A stretch of DNA of 64,000 nt from Fistulifera solaris (taxonomy: Eukaryota). The stretch's first letter is position 1. Every line of letters starts with the position of its first letter. Positions 48,516 through 60,401 of the stretch are shown here, piece by piece. The position numbers and the translations under genes are program-made. A model generated the notes under the pieces. It saw only the letters and a list, made by a program, of their open reading frames with translations, was not told where the DNA came from and searched no databases. The stretch is from the NCBI GenBank assembly GCA_030295235.1, contig AP026153.1, forward strand, positions 372,001 to 436,000. Direction: 5' to 3'.

Positions 48516-49688
48516 ATGATCTCAATATTCGTCCTCGCTCTGTTGCTGAAAACATCCGATGCTTTTTTCTGGAGACATGGCCGATACAGTGAGGTTCCTC
48601 CGCTGGAATTGAGTTCCACCGACTACACCGGAAAGATCATCATCATTGGTGCAGGACCTGCCGGGATTTCGGCTGCCTACACTCTCGAGTACCTGGGCTT
48701 TCAGAATTACCAGATACTCGAGGCAAGTGCCGAGGTCGGCGGACGAGTTCAGGAACTGGATGATTTCATTGATTTGCCCCTTGATGCAGGGGCTGAATGG
48801 ATACACACACACCCGCGCATTCTACAAGACATGATACTATTCGATGATGTGGTTACCGATGAAACCATCGTCTATCGACCGAAGCAGTACCGATGGGCTG
48901 TCTTTCGCGATCGCATCAAAATCCCCTTACTGTTCCGTCGATTCGTTTATCAAGAATGGAAGTTCAAACGCACAACGTGGAAGTCCTATCTTCATGATTA
49001 TATGTATACATATGTCCAAGATCGCGTGCAGGTTGGAGCGCCCGTCCAAACAATCGACTACACGGGTGCCAAAATCCAAGTCACCACTTCCAATGGGGAT
49101 ACGTTGGAAGCGGACAAAGTGATCGTCGCCGTTCCACCCACAATGTTACAAAATGGAAATATTGATTTCATCCCGGATCTTCCTAGCTCAAAAACGGCAG
49201 AGATTAACAAGGTAGAGATGTATGAAGGCTTCAAGATCTGGTTTGAGTTTGACGACCGGTTTTACCAAGATTACACCATCATTGATTCGTACCGAATCTA
49301 CTTTGATGGTGTTCTGGGTAAGCCAACGCAGAGAAATGTGTTGACAATGCTATCGGCTGGGGGAGAAGTTACCGGTGATCTGGTCAAGCTCAGCGACGAG
49401 AACTTGTTTGAGTTTCACATGAAAGAGCTCGACAAACTGTTCCGCGGAAAGGCCACAGAGCATTACGTACAACATCGAATCCAAAACTGGTCGCAGGAAC
49501 CATACATCAAGGAAACATGGGAGGCGGGTTACAATTCACGCTTCGACGAGGGAAGGATATTAGAGCCAATTGACGAAAAGATCTACTTTTGTGGGGGTTA
49601 CTTAAGTGGTGACCACTATGCCACCGTGCATGGTGCCATTCTATCGGGGAGAGAAGTTGCACAGAAGGCCCTCAAAGATGCTGCATAA
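48516..49688 (+). CDS. Flavin-containing amine oxidase, signal peptide, copy 2 (inverted paralog)
   Basis: Collinear with copy 1 throughout; both end ...DAA*. Confidence 0.9.
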   Translation: MISIFVLALLLKTSDAFFWRHGRYSEVPPLELSSTDYTGKIIIIGAGPAGISAAYTLEYLGFQNYQILEASAEVGGRVQELDDFIDLPLDAGAEWIHTHPRILQDMILFDDVVTDETIVYRPKQYRWAVFRDRIKIPLLFRRFVYQEWKFKRTTWKSYLHDYMYTYVQDRVQVGAPVQTIDYTGAKIQVTTSNGDTLEADKVIVAVPPTMLQNGNIDFIPDLPSSKTAEINKVEMYEGFKIWFEFDDRFYQDYTIIDSYRIYFDGVLGKPTQRNVLTMLSAGGEVTGDLVKLSDENLFEFHMKELDKLFRGKATEHYVQHRIQNWSQEPYIKETWEAGYNSRFDEGRILEPIDEKIYFCGGYLSGDHYATVHGAILSGREVAQKALKDAA

Positions 49689-50037
49689 CTTATTTGGGGT
49701 GTTTCATATCCCTCGTATAATCTTATCATAAACGATAGATAATTTAGATTGTTAGACCTATCAATTATTAGATCTTCTCAGTTGACAAAGTTGTTCTGGT
49801 AATTGACAGCTAGGCATGGCTTTAGTTTTAAAAAAAGTAAAGCAATGACGCCTTCGCACTTTAAGGCTTATTCCCAATCTTCGGGAAGCGAATCACGACT
49901 TGTGAAGAACTCCCGTCCACTATTAATGTAGCTCACTCTAGGCACAAGCTGCAGTAAACCACATTCTAGCAAAAATTGTTCTTTCCTCTTCAGTGTTTGC
50001 TCTGCGACCTGGCGATTGCAGCCTTCATCAAAGACGC

Positions 50038-51181
50038 TCATTGTGTTGATGGCACTGCATTCGATACAGCAGTCGGCGTTTGTGTTGCAATGCGCTGCAG
50101 AAATTGCAACAACAGTGGATGCACCAATTCCGGTGCTTCATCGTGAGGACAATGTCCGACTCCGTCGAACCCTTCGACCCGCTCGACCGTGGGCATGCGA
50201 GACAGTGCCTCTACACGAGGACCCGGTGTCCACGGATCATCTTTGCCGTAACAGATCCATACGGGTTTCTGGACATGTTGTAACTGCTGTTCGGGCAAGG
50301 GACCTGCTGAATACGACAACGTATCAAAGACGACCCGACTGGATCCTTCCGTCAACAGCGGATCCAGAAGAACTTGTACCAGCGTATCATCCACGGCCTC
50401 CGTCCGCGCATACGGCTCTTTCAATATTTGCTTGACAGTATCGGGTTTGGCCAAGGCATCAAAGACCGTTTTCCCATATTGCCGCAACAGCGACTGCACC
50501 GTTCGTAATATGGGCATCACAATGGCAGCCAATGGCACTTCTGCTGAATGCAATTCACGAAAATTGGGACTGACGACAAAGGCACCGTCAAACAGCTCGT
50601 CATCATCATCAATGAGACACTGCAAGGTGCTAATCGTCCCAATGGAGTTGCACACTAAGGTCACTTTTTCGTTCGGTTGAATCACCTGCTTTGTAAAGTC
50701 GGTCAATATATCACTCCACGTATAAAAGTTGTAACAACTGGACACGGGATGCCGCAAATCGACGTTGGCGATGCGTGTTTCGCCGCGGGCGGTCCCCAAT
50801 GCCACATTTTCTAGGACGGCCGGTGCATCGCCAAAGCGGGCATATTCTCCGCACAAGTGCGGCGAGATGGACGGCGGTTTATCGGAATATCCCGATCCCA
50901 ACAAATCCACCGCGTACGTGCGATAGCCGCATCCACCGAGCTCCTTCAATGTTTTGCGCCAATGATCGCTATTGACAAACAAGCCGTGCACCAACAAAAC
51001 AGGTTTTCCTTCCGGTGGTCCGGAAACTTGGTACCGTATCTTCGTTTCGGCTTTCCAATCATAAAATCGATTGAGAAGACCCGTGGCTGGACTGATTTTA
51101 GGGGGAGCGGAAAGTCCTTGACTCGTCCTAAGAAAAAAGACGTGGAGTAAAAAACACAAAAGTGATCCTTTGCATCATCAT
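50038..51181 (-). CDS. Alpha/beta hydrolase (pheophytinase-like family), probably plastid-targeted; frameshift ~51160
   Basis: LLVHGLF.NSDHWR, DLLGSGYSDKP, nucleophile elbow CNSIG, YGKDDPW, GVGHCPHDEAPE. Confidence 0.85.
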
Positions 51182-51430
51182 TACGGCAATCCTTGTTGCG
51201 TTTTCTATCTCCCCGAAACTATACTGAATCCTGTCTTGCTTGTAGGTAGCTCTCTGTTGATCTTGGTCAATTTTTATAACAAATAAAAGTGGAATGATTG
51301 TAGGATGATCCACAAAGAATGACGCTGAATTTGGCAGAAATGCTTTGCTGTCGTCGTGTGCGTGTGTGAACGACTGTGTGACTTTTTTACGTATTCACAA
51401 AATAATCTGAACGAATGGTATTTTCAAATA

Positions 51431-51690
51431 CCCAGAAAATCTGGGAGCTTGGCATGTTGACGTATCCACAAAATCTGGGAGTGTGATGTTCTCTGATGTT
51501 CTCTCTCGTCCACAAAATCTGGGGCTTTGGTAATTTCACATTTCCAGAAACTCTGGGGCTTTGGTAATTTCACATGTCCAGAAAATATTGGTGAGGGTTG
51601 TTTTGAAGAAGTGCTGTTTTTTAAGTTTTAACGTATCCAGAAAATGTATGGAAGTGGTGTTTTCACGTATCCAGAGAATGTGGGAGTGTG
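51431..51690. repeat. Degenerate ~34-bp tandem repeat (7 cores) with palindromic CCAGAAAATCTGG core
   Basis: Cores at ~51431, 51465, 51509, 51543, 51577, 51636 and 51670; the segment TCTGGGGCTTTGGTAATTTCACAT occurs twice exactly. Confidence 0.75.
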
Positions 51691-51835
51691 CTGTTTATGC
51701 ACACAGATGATGAGACAATCCCAACGTGCAATGAACACGACAATGATACATACCGCAAAAGGCACCATAAAAGGTCAACAAGGTATCGCTAATACTAACA
51801 TTCTTTGTTCGTTTTAATGACAAAGCACAAAGAGA

Positions 51836-53735
51836 ATGAGTGTTTGTAGAAGAACGGCTGCTGCGCTTCTGCTTCTCATCTTGACATTCTGCGTCAACGG
51901 GGAACGGCCATTTTCATCGTCTTTACCGCGAATGAGCCGAGGTTCCCTTCAGGAATCTGCTTCACCCAACGACGACTCGACGAACAACAAAAGTATCGTC
52001 TCGAGATCACTGTCGAGTGCTTGGCCTCCGTGGCCGTTCAATCTCTTGTCACCAACAACGACAACTCGTAGTAGCAGCCAAACAGGCTGGAAGAATCGAG
52101 CTTGGCAACAAACACGACAATCACTCAAAGTCGCCGCGCGTCATACCCAACAACTCACCTCCTCACTCTACATGCACTTGCCCCCGGCCGCGCATCCCTT
52201 TCTGCTGATAGCCTGCATTCCGCGTCATCAGAAAATACCGCTATTCTCGAATCCTTTGGCGCGATCGATAGGACTGGCTTCCATGGGCATGGCGATTGTC
52301 AGTTGGGCGCATTGTGACTGGTATCGACAAAAGTCATTGGTGCCTTTGGTGCATCAAGATGTGCATCGAGCTATATTGCCGCCGTTCTTGCCTGAAACGC
52401 CACTCGAAGTCATCACGAGCAACCGTGATTCCTCGCTTGACCCGACAACAAATCGGATCGAAGAAAACCACAACCAATGGTTACCATTCCGACAGCAATG
52501 GAGCTCGTTTTCCAAGGTCTCGTGGCCCTTGGGTCGTCGTTGGCAAACAACGCGCCAAGAGCGTCACATGCAACGGCTGCAACAGCGTCGGCGTGTCATC
52601 TACGATGAATTGGTCGCCTTGCAGACACTCAAGCGACAACAAAAAATGAAGCGCGAGAACCCAGACGAAACATTGGGATATGCCCTCGTTACGGGAGCCT
52701 CCAAAGGTATCGGTCGAGCCATTGCAGTCGAACTGGCTCGATGGGGGATACCCTTGATACTGGTAGCTCGAAATATGGATCGCTTGATTTCACTAGCCAA
52801 TGATCTAGAGAATTGTTACGGTGTCAAATGTTGTGTATTGGAAGCCGACTTGTCCCAGCCACATGTCGCGGAGCGTGTGTACAAGACCACGCAAGAAGCG
52901 GGGCTCCGCGTGGATATTCTAGTCAACAATGCGGGTATGGCGTCCCATGGCCTTGCCGTAGATCAACCGCTACAGGAAGTCAATCAAATGCTTCAACTCA
53001 ATGCGGGTTCTAGTGCCGTCCTTTCAACTTTGTTTGGTCACGACATGAAGCGGCGGCGGAGAGGACGCATACTGTTTGTTTCCTCGGTAAGTGGAGCTGT
53101 GGCCGGCATTTCAACCGTGGCGCTCTACTCTGCCACAAAAGCGTTCCAAAACTCACTGGCAGTCGCTTTGGCGAAAGAGATGGAACCATGGGGAATCGGG
53201 GTGACATGTCTCATGCCCGGCGCTGTAGAAGATACCGACTTTTCCAAGAATACCGATGACGCTTTATGTTGGAGAATACCGTTCTATCCAAAAAAAGCCA
53301 CAGATCATTGCCAAAGCGGGGGTACGTGCCATGCTGCTAGGAGAAACAGAGGTTGTTCCAGGATGGCAAAATCGTTTCTTTGTAAAAGTGCTGAAGCCAG
53401 CACTTCCGCAAAGACTCCATAATGTCATGGCCGAAGCTGCTTGGAATCCTCTACGACTACCTTTTCAAAACTCGCATCGGCCTGAATTGGATGCTGAAAA
53501 ACAGAATCACAGCGAGTCAACAACTCCGCCGTCGCCTGTACGACCAAACAATTCAGGTCATATCTTCTCACAACCTGGCCCACAACGACTGCCAAGACTA
53601 CTTTTATTAGGTCCAGAACCCGATGAAATAGATGATGACGCGAAGGTCGAAGCAGATCCTAACGACTTATCAAATGAAAACGGTGATGAGGACAGTAAAT
53701 CTGAACCAGTCGAAGGAACCAGCGAATTCCAATAG
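51836..53735 (+). CDS. Short-chain dehydrogenase/reductase with long N-terminal extension; frameshift in A-run ~53290
   Basis: ALVTGASKGIG, ILVNNAG, FVSS, catalytic YSATK, PG.V.DT; signal peptide. Confidence 0.88.
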
Positions 53736-53890
53736 AGCTTGCAGCAACGCACGACGCTACATTATCTTCGAGCTCGATGGTTCGAGAGTCATCATTGTAA
53801 TGTTATAACGCTAATACGACGAACCCAATCGATTACAAAATGCACAGCTCTAATTTTTAACGCTTCGTGCACAATTGCCTGCCGGTCGAC

Positions 53891-55262
53891 TTAGTCGATA
53901 CGCAGTTCGTCTCTGCTTCGGTTGTCGGCTGACTGCGTATTGTGCTGGCTATCGTGAAACTCGTCACCGCCAACCGATGCCCCCTCTTCGTAAGGAGCAG
54001 GCTCGGCAGCGACGGCCAGTAAGACGATACCAATGAGCAGCAGTATTAACCCCACTGGATAAAGAACATACTGCAACAAGCCGTGAAGGTTCGCGAACGT
54101 ATCGTAATGAACGGCGCTCATGATAGATGCGGAAACGACAAACGAGCCCACAAACATGGCGGAGGAATAGGTGGCATCGTATCGTTTCATGCACTGTATC
54201 AAAATGAGCAAACCAACCACAGCAGCGGATATAGCACCTGCCATCAAAACAAAAAAAGAGCATGGGCGGAATGGGAATACCAACTACCTTCGTTGACGTT
54301 GCACTGGATGCTTTCAAGACCGTCAGGGCGTCCTTCAAAAAGTTTTGAAAGCCCGTCACACTTCCGCCTGCTACACCCCATGCGAACCGCTTTAACCTAG
54401 GCGAAGAACGTTCATTTCGAATCACAAACATCAACACCACCATCCAAGACAGTAAGCCGAAGCAGAACATTAAAAACTTGGTTTTGTAATAGGATTGCAC
54501 CTTTCATTTGATTTATCGCAGTAAGAACAAGCGTTCCGGACAAAAAGCGCTTTCACAACCCAGTAAACTCACCACATCATGTATACTAACACCATCATCG
54601 TTTTTATGATCCCCAAAAGCGGCGACGACGACTTCGCCAAGCAGAATGAAAGCACAAGCAATCACTTGACGTACACTGGGTGTTTCTTCTAATACCAGCG
54701 GACTGAACAGTATGATCCACACCAGCGTCAATCCAGAGAAAGGTGCTAATATAGAAGGCGAAGCATAGTTCATGGCAATGACCGTCGTCAAGGGATTCAA
54801 GGTTGTCATTCCCAGCGTCCCCATGCCCCGCAGAGAGTACGCCTGATACAGCCGTTTGTGCGCCATTTGTTCACGCGTTTGAGCCAGAGGGGCATTTGCG
54901 ACCGGCGGAGCGCACAATAAACCGCGAAACGAGACTCTTGGCTCGTTTGATCTCAAAGGAACACTTGTTTGCAGTCGTTGCTGTTCCTCCGCGACATACA
55001 TCGGAGCGGACTGCGTCTCTAAATCGGATTTTTCCGCAGGGCATTGTATATTGCTTTCATCAGCTTCTGGTAGTAGTACACTCGTGTGGTGTGAAGTATC
55101 GACGAGTAGCATAAAATCCCCCGTGGTCAAGTTGCGACATGCTTCTTCGACTCGCCACGATTTTCGAATGGCGAGCTTCGATGCGCCGCCAATGATCGAC
55201 GATAGGATCGAAAAACCTATGCCTTTCACCCAGTCACTTTGTGTAATCGTTCCGCTGCTCAT
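53891..55262 (-). CDS. NIPA-type (DUF803) magnesium-transporter-like protein; intron ~54501-54571; frameshift ~54250
   Basis: AMNYASPSILAPFSGLTLVW.ILFS, MKRYDATYSSAMF; multiple transmembrane segments. Confidence 0.75.
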
Positions 55263-55875
55263 AACTTCATACTTTAACCGAATAGAAGGAGTATTTGAGC
55301 GGCTCTAATTACAAAGCTACTGATTTCATTGCGTATAAACGCGGGATGCGATGGTGTGCTCATTAGACATGTGGCTTTTTCACTGTAACTTGCAACTTCA
55401 CTTGAGCACCTGAAGTTTACTTTACTTTCACTTTACTTGAGACTTCGGTGAGTTCACTTGAAGTACCCAACCTACGTAAATGTACGTAGGACTGCGTAGA
55501 TTCGGGATGAGAGGGAAAGGGCTAACTTTCATAAGCTCAGTGCGACACCGTTTCTTACACAAAACACGATAGTAATTCATTACCGCTTAGTTCACTGTTC
55601 ACTGCAAACTTCACTTGAAGGCCACTGACTTTACTTTCACTTGACTTTCACGAAAATTTTGAAAAGTCACATGTCTAGTGCTCATGTCCCTCGCACTGGT
55701 ACTTGAGCTATGGGTCCTGCTGAGCATAAATCTAAATGGCATACCCTTTAAATTCATGGACTGCACATCAATCATCGTTATTTGATTTTGCCAATACCCA
55801 TACAAAGCTAAACAAGAACGCCAAGAAAAGGCAACGGCTTTTATTTTTGTTAACTTTTGTCTATAACGCAAAACC

Positions 55876-57931
55876 TCATAATGTCGTGTTACTCAAGTCC
55901 GGGTCGTCCAGATTTTTTCCTTCGAGGGCCTTTTCCAAAGCTTCCATACCTCGTGTTGTTTGTGCCTCTTGACTAGGATTCCTTACAACTGGCACCGAAG
56001 AGCCTCCTTTGTACATTGTCAATCCCTGTGGATATTGAATGTATTTGCTGGGTTTCGTCTTGGGTGGTTGCTTATTCTTGGCCATTTCCCACAGAATACC
56101 AGCACGAAAGGATCCCTGCTTGTAGAGTTGTGGACCACTGCCATATTTCAAATAGTTTTCATGCTTCTTGGCTTTTAATAATGCCGTTTTCTCTTCGTCA
56201 TCTTCTTCACTGTCAACTGCTCCGCCTTTGTTTCGAATTGGTCGACGCGGGGTCATCGGGGTGGGCATCGGTGTCTTCATGGCGGCCGCGGCCTCTTCTT
56301 CAATGGTAGCCACCCAATCGCGCACCGACGGCAATAAATTTACAAACACACCAAAACAGGAAACCAAAAAAAGCAAAAAGAAATACTTGTACACTTTCGA
56401 TTCGGCATATTCGTGTAAGTGCGAGAGACTGGATGTGCCCGACGCATTGTGGAACCATGCTGCGCATATTTGGTAAAGAATGATGCAGGCGATGTTCGGA
56501 AGTCCACCTATACAAAACAGGTTGGTAGCACTAGCCAATGCTTTTTGCTTCCGGAGGCGACGCTGTAAAGGCGACTTCGTAAGCCGCCGACACTGCGAAT
56601 ATCTCGCCGGCACCAATGAGAACGTAACTCATGGCTTGCCAAGCAACGTTCACTTTTTCACCACTTTCTGCAAATCGAGAATGAATCTTGTACTCCACCA
56701 GGAGTGCCCAAGCAATGGCCAGAGCGCCGAGGGCGCTGCCAATGGCGAATTTATGAGTGGTCGCCAGCTTGATATTGCATTTCGCCAGGGTCGGATACAG
56801 CATATTTCCAATCAAATAACCGAACACTAACACCGCGACAGAATCGGCATTATTCATCGTGGCAGCATCGATACACCCGAAAAGCTTTTCCATGACAATA
56901 CCTTGCACAATGAAGGTGGTCGCCATTTGGGAGTAGGCGATATTGAACGGGATGACGAGCAGTGATATTTTCAAAACGGTCATTAATGAAAAGTCGGTGG
57001 ACGGCGACGGCGTCAAAAATTCGTACGGACTCTTTTTCCTTTCGGCTTTGGGAGTCCATAGTTGAAATTGCCCCTGCGGTCGTGTTCTCACGTACTTGGG
57101 GGTACCGAGCAAAAATAAAAAGACGCCGAGCGTCAAAACGAGGACAGGAATGAAGTATGCGGTCGTAATATCGTATTGAGCCACCTGTGGAACGATGACT
57201 CCTCCCGCGAGCGCTCCAATATTGATGCACATGTAAAAATTGACGTAGTAAGATTCAATCAAGGATGATTGCAAAATTGGATGAAATTGTTTGGCCCCAA
57301 AAACGTTGACGACGGACTTGACACTGCCCGTGCCGATCGGCCAGAGTGCCAGCAAACCCCATCGTAGTGCAGATTGATTAAATGTCGGACCCAAACACCC
57401 CGGAATTGTAGTAAGAGCAATCAACGTCAAGCCTGGTATGTAAAACAACATTGCACCCCCGGCAATGGTGTAATATTCACCCAGAAAACAATCCGCCAGC
57501 AAGGCCCCCACAAAGGGCATGGTGTACGCAATGGCGGTCGATACGGAAACATACGAAGATGCCTGCACGGCTTCCATATTCGCATTCCAGTTACGATTGT
57601 AGGCGCCGGTCAAATAGGCCGCCTGTGTGTAATTAATGCCGTAAAACGCAAATCGCTCCAGCAACTCCACAATCAAAATATAGATGACCGAATACGTCAT
57701 CGGATTCAAATGATATTTGTAGTTGTCACCACGACTATCGGTAAACAACAATGGATGCACCGGATCTCCAGTCAAACATTCGTCCGGAAGCGATTCCAGT
57801 TGTTCTTCCGTCGATACATTGGCCGGCAATTCGACTTCTAAGGGCATAGACGTCGAATAATACATCGTTTTATCCGAACCAGTAGAAGGAGCATCTCCCG
57901 ACGGATGCACAATGCGAGGTGACGTGCTCAT
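55876..57931 (-). CDS. POT/PTR (NPF) proton-dependent oligopeptide transporter; frameshift ~56542
   Basis: ELLERFAFYG (ExxERFxxYG), GALLADCFLG, FGAKQF, FYMCINIGAL, WQ..SYVLIGAGEIF. Confidence 0.92.
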
Positions 57932-58489
57932 TTCTTTGTAAAAGAATTGGAACCTTGACAACCCCGGAAAACTGTTGCTTAGTATTCGAATGAACTCATC
58001 AGTCGTCGTCAAAAGTGCCAACGAAAAACGTCTGCATTCTCGTTTGCGTCACAAAAGCTTCCGTTTTTCTTGTGGCACTATTGTTGCGTCACCCGGAGGC
58101 GCATGACGTCGATCATCGTGATTCACAACAGTCACGGTTAAAACAAGGGGAACGAACGAAAGTGTGGTGAAACATAAATATTAGCAAAACAGATGAACGC
58201 TCATTTCTTATGGACTACAATGACATCATTTGAGACTCGTGACAGAATCGTATAGTAAAACGAAGAAAAACAAGAGTGAAACGTGCAGCACAGCTTCATC
58301 GGAAGGAGGAAAATAGAGGTGCGATATTTTTAACCAATCAGTGAGCCAGGGAAATGAAAAAATGCTCCGCATTTGGTTTTTCATCTTCGTTCGACCGGGA
58401 ATCCCAACCAAAGTCAAAGACCTCAATGAGCTCATAAAAACGATTTCGTCTCGGTTGACATCGCAATCTCTCTCGTAAACATCATCACC

Positions 58490-59722
58490 ATGAAGCTCGT
58501 TCTCTCTCTTTTGGCCGGACTCGTCTCTTTGACGCAGGCTCGTCTCAACGTCGCTACGACCGTGCAACAACAGGAAGCCGAGATGGCGACCGAACTCGGT
58601 CGCAAGAAGAAGACAAATCAAGGCTGGCACAATCTTATTCATGTGACGTTCACGATGGATCACTTCAAGTCGTTCGACGAGCCGGGCGAATTCAACAAGA
58701 AGGTGGCCGTCGGAGCCTTCAACCGTGCCTTCGAACAGGCCTTTGAGGGCATGTCCATGGATTGGGATTTCATTGACAGTCTCATCCCAGTCCCGGAACC
58801 GGAATATCTCAGCAAAGATCTCTCGTACGCCCGCCCTCATTCCAAGCGCCCACAACCCAAGCCGAAGAACAATCCGCGACACACCAACACCTGGACGATT
58901 TACTACGGAAGCATTCATGGGGATGCAACTTGTCGCCTTTGCCCGAACGATTTCTTGGGAAGCGGAGCGAGCGGAGAGAGCTTTTCGAACTTTCTCCGCG
59001 ATCAAGCCAAGTGGGATGAAGTGGGCAAATTGTTTTGCATGGAGTTGAAAGGAACGGGCATTGAGAACTTTGAAGATATCAAGAACTGCGCGTTCACGGT
59101 CGGGTATGTCGGTGACAACGAGATGGAGTTGATGGAGTCTTCCGCCACCGCGGCTCTCGCGTCGGACGTTTTGAAAGATGTTTCGGGAAGCACCAACGCC
59201 ATCGTCACCGCGTATCGCATTCATCCGTCCGCCGTCTTGGACATGGAGGTCCTCGAGAAGGCATTCACTGTCGCCTACAACAACGTCTTTGAGGACCGCG
59301 ACTTTGTGGTGGAGGGAGTTCAGCTTTTGCGTCAGATTGTCGCGGATGAAATGGCGGTGGGTCAGAGCAGTGTGCGTGTTCACGACAATGAGATTGCCAT
59401 TTCGGCCTTTGACGAAGAGGACGATGCAGGAGACGACGACAGCGACAGCGAGGGCGCTGATTCGGAGGACGCCGATGACGACGACGATAGTGACGATGTC
59501 GAGTTCCTCACCGCCATGTACTGGTTGAAAGTCGACTGGACCTGCAAGGGATCGACGTGCAGCGCGGACGACATGTTGCCGGGTGTTTTCTTGCAGAATA
59601 CGCCCGATATCAGCCGTCACACCATCTTGGAATCGTATCTCTGCCACAACTTGCGCGAGTTCGGTGACGCGTCGTTTGCGGACGTCGAGGGATGTGACAT
59701 TATGTTTCTCGTGGGTGCATAA
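58490..59722 (+). CDS. Secreted hypothetical protein with two homologous four-Cys domains and an acidic tract
   Basis: Signal peptide MKLVLSLLAGLVSLTQA; intact 410-aa ORF; strong C/G third-position bias. Confidence 0.85.
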   Translation: MKLVLSLLAGLVSLTQARLNVATTVQQQEAEMATELGRKKKTNQGWHNLIHVTFTMDHFKSFDEPGEFNKKVAVGAFNRAFEQAFEGMSMDWDFIDSLIPVPEPEYLSKDLSYARPHSKRPQPKPKNNPRHTNTWTIYYGSIHGDATCRLCPNDFLGSGASGESFSNFLRDQAKWDEVGKLFCMELKGTGIENFEDIKNCAFTVGYVGDNEMELMESSATAALASDVLKDVSGSTNAIVTAYRIHPSAVLDMEVLEKAFTVAYNNVFEDRDFVVEGVQLLRQIVADEMAVGQSSVRVHDNEIAISAFDEEDDAGDDDSDSEGADSEDADDDDDSDDVEFLTAMYWLKVDWTCKGSTCSADDMLPGVFLQNTPDISRHTILESYLCHNLREFGDASFADVEGCDIMFLVGA

Positions 59723-60401
59723 GTCGGCTTGTTGATTCGAAAGCGTGGTTTCGTAGACCTCAGTTATCGATTGCTGAGCTCTTGTATGGCGAGACCTCGA
59801 TCTATATTACATGATGGAAAAGAGAGACGTAATTCATAGCTGTAACTACAAGTAGTTATAATGAAACGAACATCTCTTCATTTTTTTAAAATTCATTCAA
59901 CCTTTTCTTGCAGCAGTGTTATATTTCTTAGTAAGGTTAACGTTACGTTGATTCATGACTGAACAGTCGTGAAAAAAAGGTAATCTACACTTTAAGTTAT
60001 AGTAAAGCTTGAAGACAAACATTCGCAAGGCTTTCATCGACATCGTAAGTCAGGGGGTGGATTGCTAGTATCACTGTGGTAAATGCAGTGTAACAACGGT
60101 TGTCATAGATTGGCCTGCTTGCAGAAAAAACGAACTTTAGCTCGAGTAGGTCGACTTCGGAAGAATTTGATTCACGACTGAAATGAAGTCTTGGTAAAAA
60201 CGGACAACACTTTGGCCTATAGTACTGGTAGCTATACGACACAATAAAGAGCAACATCGCGCATCATCGCAATGAAAGATTATCACGATGCGAGTGAGGT
60301 CAAAGTTCGAACAGGGTCTAATCTAATGCAATATGCCAGTGATGCTACAGTATCACTGTCAAACAGAATAGATTTCAGTATCGAGACAACAACCCTTAAA
60401 A

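Noticed and set aside
51431..51690. CRISPR-like repeat/spacer array
   Set aside because: The repeats are short and degenerate, the 'spacers' resemble each other, there are no cas genes and the context is eukaryotic.
58226..59647. 473-aa antisense ORF
   Set aside because: Mirror of the biased 58490..59722 gene; no recognisable domain.
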